Assembly (NCBI GenBank): GCA_029573365.1
Contig: JAKQGD010000155.1
Coordinates: 1 to 58,980 of the forward strand
Reading direction: 5' to 3'
Source: Bacteroidota bacterium
GTDB lineage: Bacteria > Bacteroidota > Bacteroidia > Chitinophagales > Saprospiraceae
DNA length: 58,980 nucleotides
Made by a program: the position numbers and the translations under genes. Below, piece by piece: positions 38,637 through 46,185 of this stretch (the stretch's first letter is position 1; each line of letters begins with the position of its first letter). The notes under the pieces are model-generated. The model ran no database searches. It was given only the letters and a program-made list of their open reading frames with translations, and was not told the origin of the DNA.

Positions 38637-40097
38637 TTATTTAGCTTTGATTCTGTTAAGGCCGGATTTTGCTTTTTGGTGCAGACTGGAAGTGTATCCT
38701 GCAGGATCAAGTTTCAAACATTTTTCAAAGTAACCCCGGGCTCTTACGTACTTTTTCTGCTGTTCGCAGATGAGACCTGCCTGGAGTGCTGAGCTGCAGG
38801 CGTAATATTTTCCGGGATCACTTTTGACTATGGTCAAATCATAATATTCCAATGCGTCTGTGTAGTTTTTAAGGGCATCGGCTACGCGGGCCAGCCTGTA
38901 ATAGTACTCACCGTCATGGATGGCATTGACAAATTTGTCGCCGTTTAAAACCAGCATTTCGTGACACTTGGTGTAATAGCCGCCATCGTAGAGTAGTCGG
39001 GCTTTAAGCAGAATGTCATTGGGCACCAGCCCCGACCGTGCCTCCTTGCTGGCCTGTATGTCCTCATCTATGAGTGCAAAACCCTGATTGTGGCACGATT
39101 TCATGTCTTTTTTATAAGCCTGAATGTCCTTGTTTACAGCCAGGTGGTACCATCCCAGTTTTTGCCAGGCTTCTTTGATATAATGTCGACCCCTGAAATG
39201 CTCGAGAAAAATCCTTATGTGCACATGGGCATCCTTGTCCAGACGGCACAGCTTAAATTTTCCGTATATAAAATTCAGGTAATAAAATGGAAGATAATCA
39301 CTACCATCCGGCCTCTCTTCCAGGATACGGATGGCCAGTTCGTTCCGCCCAGTTTTATGTGCCATAGTGGCTTTGAGAAAAGCAATGAGCGGATTGGTCT
39401 TGTGGTCTAATCTGAAACGGTCAAAGAGCTTAAATGCTTCTTCTTTTCTGTTGTTTGAATAAAAAAGGATATAGCTGTAGATGGCGACAATCTCTGATGT
39501 ATACATGCTGTTTTCTGCAGCTGCCCTGTCCGCCAGCAGCTTTATCTCATTGGTGCCCAATTCCACAGAACCCTTAACACCCATGATTTTGCGGACCCAT
39601 GACGGTACACTTTCGGCCAGAGCGTGTATGATCGAAAGACTTTTGTTGTTTTCAAGGAAGTCAGGGTGGAGGGCTTTGTTTTTTTCGAGGAGCTTATATG
39701 CTTCGTACACATCTCCTGCAGCATTGATCTTGTCGTCAAACTTGAGTTTTATTGTGGCCCATTGTAGCAGGATTTCTGCCTGACAAAAGAGATAATATGG
39801 TGATGACGGGTCTGATTTTCTGATCTTTTCGAGCCTCAGGTCCCGGTTTTTAACCAGCTTTTTATAGACAGAAGCGTCTTCCTGTATAAAAAGGGTGAAA
39901 AAATCGATGTAGTTTTCGATGTAGTATGACATAGCATTGTCAGGGTCCTTAAGTTTTGAAAGGTTTACCTTGCTTTGTCCGTTTCGGAGTCGAAGTGATG
40001 AAATATCCTTGTAAGCATCTTTGAGTTCTGTGGTCATTTCTAACCTTGATTGTCCGATTGATGCAGTTGACCACAAGCAAAACAACAGTGTCATCAA
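38637..40097 (-). CDS. TPR-like repeat protein (hypothetical)
   Basis: 486 aa, all-helical, with TPR-like pairs (ALEYYDLTIV, YYACSSALQAGLICEQQKKYVRARGYFEKCLKLDP). Short hydrophobic N-terminus. Confidence 0.75.
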   Translation of the reverse strand: MMTLLFCLWSTASIGQSRLEMTTELKDAYKDISSLRLRNGQSKVNLSKLKDPDNAMSYYIENYIDFFTLFIQEDASVYKKLVKNRDLRLEKIRKSDPSSPYYLFCQAEILLQWATIKLKFDDKINAAGDVYEAYKLLEKNKALHPDFLENNKSLSIIHALAESVPSWVRKIMGVKGSVELGTNEIKLLADRAAAENSMYTSEIVAIYSYILFYSNNRKEEAFKLFDRFRLDHKTNPLIAFLKATMAHKTGRNELAIRILEERPDGSDYLPFYYLNFIYGKFKLCRLDKDAHVHIRIFLEHFRGRHYIKEAWQKLGWYHLAVNKDIQAYKKDMKSCHNQGFALIDEDIQASKEARSGLVPNDILLKARLLYDGGYYTKCHEMLVLNGDKFVNAIHDGEYYYRLARVADALKNYTDALEYYDLTIVKSDPGKYYACSSALQAGLICEQQKKYVRARGYFEKCLKLDPAGYTSSLHQKAKSGLNRIKAK

Positions 40098-40118
40098 GAC
40101 CCAATGCCGGCCTATGAC

Positions 40119-40152
40119 AAAAAAGCCCTGAATAAACGCAGTATCCAGAGCT
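40119..40152 (-). terminator. Rho-independent terminator after the Nif3/zinc-ribbon pair
   Basis: On the minus strand: stem agctctgg / tcagggct (7-8 bp including G-U) followed by tttttg. Lies between the stop at 40184 and the next gene's start at 40097. Confidence 0.5.
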
Positions 40153-40183
40153 TTAAGTTTATTAATATTTTGCCTTACTAGTT

Positions 40184-40936
40184 TCAGACTTCCTGAGGTG
40201 TCACTATGCTTTCGTCTACCAGCACACGCCCACAGTGTTCACATGCTATTATCTTCTTCATCACGCCTATTTCTATCTGCAATTGTGGAGGTATCCTGTT
40301 GAAACATCCGCCACAAGCTCCCCTGGCGACGGAAACAACAGCCAGGCCGTTTCTGTAAGTCTTTCTGATCTTGTCATACGACTTGAGTAATCTTTCGTCT
40401 ATTTCTTTCCTGGCTTTTTCTGATTCCTTGACAAGCTTGGCTTCGTCCTTCTCGGTTTTTTCTATGATCTTCTGAAGCTCGACTCTTTTAGAATCCATGT
40501 CTTTAGTTCGTTGCTCCAGCTTGGAATTGATGCCGTCAAAAGACTGCTGTTTTATTTCACGCTGGGCATTGGCTTCTCTTATCTTTTTCTGCGAAAGCTG
40601 AATTTCCAGCTTTTGTAACTCAACCTCTTTGGTGAGTGCGTCAAATTCTCTGTTGTTTTTGACGTTTTCGAGTTGCTTTTCGTATTTGGTAATCAGGTTT
40701 TCGGCCTCCTTGATGTTTGTATTGTGGTTGCGTATCTCGTTGTCGATATCGGTGATGGAGTTTTCCAGCTTTTTTAATCTGGTCTTTAGTCCTGTAATCT
40801 CATCTTCCAGGTCAGAAACCTCCATAGGAAGTTCTCCTCTTAGGACCGATATTTCGTCCATCCTGGAGTCAACAAGTTGGAGAGAATACAGTGCCCTTAG
40901 TTTATCGGATATGCTTTGTTCTTTTACGGCTGCCAT
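40184..40936 (-). CDS. Coiled-coil protein with C-terminal C4 zinc ribbon (COG1579-type)
   Basis: 250 aa with a long heptad-rich region. C-terminal CGGCFNRIPPQ...ACEHCGRVL. Confidence 0.85.
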   Translation of the reverse strand: MAAVKEQSISDKLRALYSLQLVDSRMDEISVLRGELPMEVSDLEDEITGLKTRLKKLENSITDIDNEIRNHNTNIKEAENLITKYEKQLENVKNNREFDALTKEVELQKLEIQLSQKKIREANAQREIKQQSFDGINSKLEQRTKDMDSKRVELQKIIEKTEKDEAKLVKESEKARKEIDERLLKSYDKIRKTYRNGLAVVSVARGACGGCFNRIPPQLQIEIGVMKKIIACEHCGRVLVDESIVTPQEV

Positions 40937-40944
40937 GGTTTATA

Positions 40945-41745
40945 TTAATAATATTTTATCGGATTAGTATTCACTTTTGTGTAATGGGCTGCAAAGTTAC
41001 TAAAATTCTTAATAATCAAGTGATAAAGAAGCTCAATTGTATATTTCTCACTTTCGAAATGGCCGATATCGGCAATGATTATTTTGCCGTCAGCATCAAA
41101 AAATTCGTGGTATTTAAAGTCGGCCGTGATATAAATGTCGGCTTCATTACGGATGGCATCCTTTAGCAGAAAACTGCCGGAGCCGCCGCAAACGGCAATT
41201 TTATGTATCAAAGGTCTGCACAGGGCAGTATGTCGGATGACAGAAAGCTCCATTTTCTCTTTTAGATAATGCAGAAAATCTGCGGCTTCCATCCGGCTTT
41301 TAAGGTAACCGGTGACACCCGGCCCCACAGGATTTTCATTGTGAAAAACACCCGGTGTCGCCTGCAATATCTCCATATTTTCCAATCCGAGTTTTTCACC
41401 TATTTTAGTATTGACACCCGAAGTATATACCTTATCAAGGTTTGTATGTATGGCAAAAATGGCGATGTCATGTTTTATAGCTTTAATGACTGTCCGCTCT
41501 ATGTAACTGGCTCCGTTTAATCTTTTTAAACCCCTGAATACTATCGGGTGGTGTGCCACAATCAGATTGCAGCCCAGATGTATAGCTTCGTCTACCACTT
41601 CTTCGGTAGAATCAAGAGATACCAGTACGCCACGTACCGGAGCCGTCACATCTCCTACTATGAGTCCGGAGTTGTCATAATCTTCCTGTAAGTGGGGCGG
41701 TGCCACCTGATGGAGAAAAGATATAATATGTCCTATGGTTGTCAT
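40945..41745 (-). CDS. Nif3-like dinuclear metal centre protein (GTP cyclohydrolase 1 type 2 homologue)
   Basis: 266 aa. DNSGLIVGD, LIVAHHPIVF, IAIFAIHTNLD, AVCGGSG, ADIYITADFKYHEF. Forms the conserved pair with the downstream zinc-ribbon gene. Confidence 0.9.
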   Translation of the reverse strand: MTTIGHIISFLHQVAPPHLQEDYDNSGLIVGDVTAPVRGVLVSLDSTEEVVDEAIHLGCNLIVAHHPIVFRGLKRLNGASYIERTVIKAIKHDIAIFAIHTNLDKVYTSGVNTKIGEKLGLENMEILQATPGVFHNENPVGPGVTGYLKSRMEAADFLHYLKEKMELSVIRHTALCRPLIHKIAVCGGSGSFLLKDAIRNEADIYITADFKYHEFFDADGKIIIADIGHFESEKYTIELLYHLIIKNFSNFAAHYTKVNTNPIKYY

Positions 41746-41786
41746 CTGATAGGGTAAAAATGTAAAACGTTATCGGTCTCCATATG

Positions 41787-42695
41787 TTATGAAGAAGCAG
41801 GAAATATTTTGTCCCACGCTGTGGCCAATGACGGTAAAACTGACCTGTACTGAGCTTTGTGTGTAAAAAATACGCTTATGTGCACAGCAGTGAGGTCCAT
41901 GACTTCCATGCCTGTGACACCGGTGATTTTTTCCCTGCTCCATCCTGTAATGTCTTCGATTTTCATCCATGTGTTCTGGCAGTCAGGAAAAGCAATTTGT
42001 TTGTGCACATCCATAAATGCAAGGCCATAGGCATAATAGCCTATATTAAAATAATCGGAGGGATAAAGCACAGCTTTGGTCAGTTGCTCCAGAGAGAGGA
42101 TGATAACACCGTCTTCATGATTTACCTCGACTGTATGCAGAAATGGATGATTTGGTGTAGGGAATGGATGCTTGTAAAGAAAGACCCTGTCATATTCGCC
42201 GATAAGGTAGTCCTTGTAATTTGATGTCATATGTACGCCATGGGCCGCCACCATACATTTTATATCTTCGGGCACCTCTCTCATTTCTGAACCTACAGAC
42301 TGGAAAAGGCGGCCATCGAGATATAACATCATTCTCTGATCAAAAGACTGCCTTTCCAACTCCTGCATCTCAGCATACGGCCTGAAATATCTGGACAACC
42401 ATTCACCCAGTTTAGGGTCCAGGGGCACCGGAAACTTTTTAAGCCAGCCATGGTCCAGAGGCCCGTGGAAAACGTAGAGGACGACCAATAAAATGACGGG
42501 AATAAAAATGTAGACCGAAAGCCGCTGACTGGTATTCCATGTATAATACAATATAGCCAGGGCGGCCACGATGAGCGGCAGGGCGAGAACTTTGGATATC
42601 GAGTGGATTTTCATTAATACCGGAGCTTGCAGATGAGGAATGGTGTGCCAAAAGAATTTCAGGTAATCACTGACATTGTTGTCAAAAGTAATCAA
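41787..42695 (-). CDS. Membrane-anchored hypothetical protein, MtfA/M90-peptidase-like layout without an HExxH motif
   Basis: 302 aa with two N-terminal TM helices (VLALPLIVAALAILYY, VYIFIPVILLVVLYVF). The soluble domain resembles M90 by eye, but no HExxH is present. Confidence 0.65.
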   Translation of the reverse strand: MITFDNNVSDYLKFFWHTIPHLQAPVLMKIHSISKVLALPLIVAALAILYYTWNTSQRLSVYIFIPVILLVVLYVFHGPLDHGWLKKFPVPLDPKLGEWLSRYFRPYAEMQELERQSFDQRMMLYLDGRLFQSVGSEMREVPEDIKCMVAAHGVHMTSNYKDYLIGEYDRVFLYKHPFPTPNHPFLHTVEVNHEDGVIILSLEQLTKAVLYPSDYFNIGYYAYGLAFMDVHKQIAFPDCQNTWMKIEDITGWSREKITGVTGMEVMDLTAVHISVFFTHKAQYRSVLPSLATAWDKIFPASS

Positions 42696-42759
42696 TCCTG
42701 ATTCTTAAGGGATAACAAAAAAGGGGCAATTTTTATTACAAAATCACCCCTTTGTTAAG

Positions 42760-42832
<73 letters not shown>

Positions 42833-43065
42833 GGCTAGCTCTTTGAAAAAGCGACGCAAAATTAATTGAATTTTTCAAACTTCAAAAATAATTTCAAATA
42901 AAATGGCAGAAGTCGATGGCTTACAATTGTGTGTGCCTTAAAGTCATGATTCAAATCATTAAGTAATAAACGATGTAAATTAGTACTATGGCAAGCTTCG
43001 TTGTACCTTTGTATCTGATTTTTGGTTTGATCTTTGCAATGCAGGTCTAAAAAGCACATACAAAT

Positions 43066-44760
43066 ATGAGTCAGTCGCACCATCACCCACGGACCCAGGC
43101 CCAGATATCCAGGGCAGCTATTCAAAGGCTTTATGTATCTATGAGGCACCTTATCCTGCGAGGGTCATACAAACCACTGGGGGTTTCCGGCGAATCCATG
43201 GTGGAAGCTATGCTTTTACTGAGGCCTGAAATTTACGGTTCGATAGCTGACGAAGAAAAAGTAGAACTCACGGGCTTGCTTTATATTTTTCAGAGGCTTC
43301 CCAGAGGTATAGAACAGTGTAGATACATCAAGCTAATTTCCAGAGAGGGTTTTGATCTTTCACATTTTGAAAAACATGTACCTCCACGTAGAAAAAGAGA
43401 TTGCTACAGGGTCGATGAAGAGAATATGTTTATCGAAATGACCAGGGGAGGCTCTGACCTGTATGACATCCTCACCCACCTCACCTTTTTATATATAGAA
43501 GCAGAGAAAATACGGAGAAACAGCCTGGATGTCAGAAACAGGAAAAACCGCTCATGGCTTATGCTCGAAAAAATGGTGGCGGATATTGAGGCGGGCCACG
43601 AAGTCAATACGGAGGTGGGCTTTACCTATCTGAATACCATCCTCGGCAGGACATACAGTGAGGTGGCCGAGGCCTATGTAAAATTTGAAAAATCGACCGA
43701 CGTCAATGACCTCTTTTCGGTAACATACTGGCTCGGGAAGATCAGTATGGACGAGCACCTCAATCAGGTGGACAGGGAGATAACCTTTTCGCCGGCACTC
43801 AGAGAAAGCCTAGGTCATCATATTTACGGGGAGGCATGGGCCAATAAAATAAAAGGCACTCTATTTGAATCCGGTCTTTTTAACAGGCCCATTCACGTCA
43901 TCAGTGCCAATCTGCATAGTGTCATGAATTGTTTCTATGCCAAAGGTGCCCTGGGTAAAAAAATAAAATACGAAAGTTTAGACCAGTATGCTGAGATGCT
44001 CAGCAAAGATGAAAACTCAGACTTGCGGCAAGCCGTAGAAAAACATGCCTTGCAGCACGGAATGATAAGATTGTCTGACACCAGCGGTACCAACATCGGT
44101 GTACAGATATTTGATATGGCCAGGGTCGATAAAAAAACCCTCCCGGAAGAGCTAGTGGTCGATGGCAGGGAAGCCCGGAAAGAGCCTGTGATTGTCGTAA
44201 TGGATTATGCCTTCGGCGAACAAGCTTTTGAAACCATGGACGAGTTGTTAAAGCCATATATGATCAACAACGAAAAGCACATGATGAACATTAAATCCGT
44301 CAACATCATGGGCAAGGCTGGTATTCTGGAGGGTGACAAAGGGGACATTATGATACCGACAGCACATGTGTTTGAGGGGACGGCTGATAATTATCCATTT
44401 GAAAATGCACTGACCGGCTCTCAGTTTGAAGGCTCGGGACTCGGTGTTTACGAAGGCACCATGATCACGGTCCTGGGCACTTCTCTCCAAAACAAAGATA
44501 TACTCACTTACTTCCTTAAGTCTTCGTGGAAAGCTGTGGGACTTGAAATGGAAGGAGCACACTATCAAAAAGCCATCCAGGCAGCCAAAAGCATCAGAGG
44601 CAGCATAAGTCCCGACGTAAAACTTAGGTATGCTTACTATGCCTCAGACAATCCTCTGGAGACAGGCAGCACCCTGGCTTCAGGAAGCCTCGGCCTTGAC
44701 GGTGTCAAGCCCACCTATCTTATCACACTCAGGATACTGCAGGGGTGCCTGGCTCAATAA
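43066..44760 (+). CDS. Conserved hypothetical protein: unknown N-terminal region plus C-terminal nucleoside-phosphorylase-superfamily (PNP_UDP_1 / AMP-nucleosidase-like) domain
   Basis: 564 aa. C-terminal motif order: VIVVMDYAFGEQA, NIMGKAGILEGDKGDIMIPTAHVF, YEGTMITVLG, AVGLEMEGAHY, YYASDNPL. This parallels phosphorylase-I-fold enzymes. Confidence 0.8.
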   Translation: MSQSHHHPRTQAQISRAAIQRLYVSMRHLILRGSYKPLGVSGESMVEAMLLLRPEIYGSIADEEKVELTGLLYIFQRLPRGIEQCRYIKLISREGFDLSHFEKHVPPRRKRDCYRVDEENMFIEMTRGGSDLYDILTHLTFLYIEAEKIRRNSLDVRNRKNRSWLMLEKMVADIEAGHEVNTEVGFTYLNTILGRTYSEVAEAYVKFEKSTDVNDLFSVTYWLGKISMDEHLNQVDREITFSPALRESLGHHIYGEAWANKIKGTLFESGLFNRPIHVISANLHSVMNCFYAKGALGKKIKYESLDQYAEMLSKDENSDLRQAVEKHALQHGMIRLSDTSGTNIGVQIFDMARVDKKTLPEELVVDGREARKEPVIVVMDYAFGEQAFETMDELLKPYMINNEKHMMNIKSVNIMGKAGILEGDKGDIMIPTAHVFEGTADNYPFENALTGSQFEGSGLGVYEGTMITVLGTSLQNKDILTYFLKSSWKAVGLEMEGAHYQKAIQAAKSIRGSISPDVKLRYAYYASDNPLETGSTLASGSLGLDGVKPTYLITLRILQGCLAQ

Positions 44761-44783
44761 TCGTAACCAAAGTCAATCAATAT

Positions 44784-45515
44784 ATGATACGTTATTTTCT
44801 TTTACATCTGTTAATTATTCTTGGGGGTTTTTGTACTCAGGCACAGGATGATATGCACAAGGGGGATATGCATAAGGATATGATGGTAATGACTGATTCC
44901 ACCAAAACCTGCTGTACATCATGTTACCAAAACATTATATCTGCGGGAGGTAAATATTATTTCAGCCCTATGAAAAACACCATTAAAACCCTTGCATCCA
45001 ATGGATTTGTTCTGGACGAAACTGCTCTGGAGTATCAGGTTCGGCTCTTCAATCTGCCTAAACTATTCTACTACCAGCAGCTGGGTACGCTTAGCAATAC
45101 TAATTATGTTTCTGTAACCGGATTTGGTATCAAGGAAGATCTTAAGTACGATTTTATTAAAAGCCCGATGTTTATGCTTGCTCCATATGTCGAACTCGGA
45201 GGTGGGTATTATAGGATGAACATAGCCAAAGGAATAACTTCAAGTTCGATTGGCTCTGTACTCAACTCACAGGTTGAAAATTATTTTCTGGACAACTTTA
45301 TCTTGTCGGGAGATGTGGGTCTGGAGCTGGGCATAGCTTTCAAAATTGATGACAGAAGACTCGGCATCGTTTTAAATGGTGGCTACATGGCCAATGTGCC
45401 TGCTCAATGGAGGTTGGCAGGTTCTCTGGCATTTAATGACAAGGTAAGTCTGGCAAGTCCTTATGCAGGTGTAACACTACGCCTTGATATGGAATGTACA
45501 GATTGTTGCAAATGA
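44784..45515 (+). CDS. Hypothetical secreted/outer-membrane protein with Met/His-rich and Cys-cluster motifs
   Basis: I start at MIRYFLLHLLIILGGFCTQAQ (ATG 44784). The mature N-terminus is DDMHKGDMHKDMMVM...CCTSC and the C-terminus is ...DMECTDCCK. The middle is beta-strand-like (GGGYYRM, GLELGIAFKI, GIVLNGGYM). Confidence 0.7.
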   Translation: MIRYFLLHLLIILGGFCTQAQDDMHKGDMHKDMMVMTDSTKTCCTSCYQNIISAGGKYYFSPMKNTIKTLASNGFVLDETALEYQVRLFNLPKLFYYQQLGTLSNTNYVSVTGFGIKEDLKYDFIKSPMFMLAPYVELGGGYYRMNIAKGITSSSIGSVLNSQVENYFLDNFILSGDVGLELGIAFKIDDRRLGIVLNGGYMANVPAQWRLAGSLAFNDKVSLASPYAGVTLRLDMECTDCCK

Positions 45516-45521
45516 TGACAT

Positions 45522-45559
45522 AAAAAAGGGCCAGGTTAAAACTACCGGACCCTTTTTTT
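45522..45559. terminator. Bidirectional intrinsic terminator between convergent genes
   Basis: aaaaaagggcc ... ggaccctttttt: an 11-bp stem with a 1-nt bulge and a 14-nt loop, with an A-run on one side and a T-run on the other. Confidence 0.65.
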
Positions 45560-45578
45560 ATGACATCTGTGCGGATTA

Positions 45579-46085
45579 TCAGTTGATACCCAGTTTGGTC
45601 TTTAAGACAGGCATAAGGTTTTCTGACTCTGTAGCGTGTAGGATCATGCCCAGGCTCATGTCAAAAATCATCGTATATCCTCCTTCTTTGCCTAGTTTTT
45701 CTATTTCGGCCTTTACCTTGTCTATGATAGGCTTGTAAAGCATTTCTCTTTTTTCAGCCACTTTTTGCTGTATTTCAGCCTCGTACTTTTTAATTTCTTC
45801 CTGTTTAGCTACCAATACTTCTTCTTTTTGCTGCATTTGTACCTTGGAAAGTGTGCCGCCAGAAGCTTCATTCATGTAGGCTTTGTATTCGTCTTCAAAT
45901 TTTATGACCATCTCCTGGCCTTTGGCTAAAAGTTCGTTTTGAAGTGCCTGCAACTGATTGTCAGCAAGCTTCATCTCTGACATGCCTACGAGCAGTTCCT
46001 GTGTATTGACATATCCAAATTTTTGTGCTGACATTGTTAGCAAACCTGTGCAGATCATGATAAAAGTCAGAAAAGTGCGTTTCAT
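45579..46085 (-). CDS. skp: OmpH/Skp family periplasmic chaperone
   Basis: I start at MKRTFLTFIMICTGLLTMSAQ (ATG 46085). KFGYVNTQELL..., a Gln/Glu/Lys-rich coiled region, and a position immediately downstream of bamA. Confidence 0.88.
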   Translation of the reverse strand: MKRTFLTFIMICTGLLTMSAQKFGYVNTQELLVGMSEMKLADNQLQALQNELLAKGQEMVIKFEDEYKAYMNEASGGTLSKVQMQQKEEVLVAKQEEIKKYEAEIQQKVAEKREMLYKPIIDKVKAEIEKLGKEGGYTMIFDMSLGMILHATESENLMPVLKTKLGIN

Positions 46086-46185
46086 TTTGTAAATTGATTT
46101 GTTTAATAAAAACTTTATTTGCCGTTTATAACCAGCCATAAGGAGGGTTAATTTTATTTTGCGGCGTATTAACTAAATTTTATGA

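Noticed and set aside
42862-43149. A 95-aa minus-strand ORF spanning the tRNA-Phe / 43066-gene spacer and overlapping the 5' end of the 564-aa gene.
   Set aside because: It overlaps a much better-supported CDS, has an odd composition and no signal or motif. It is probably spurious.
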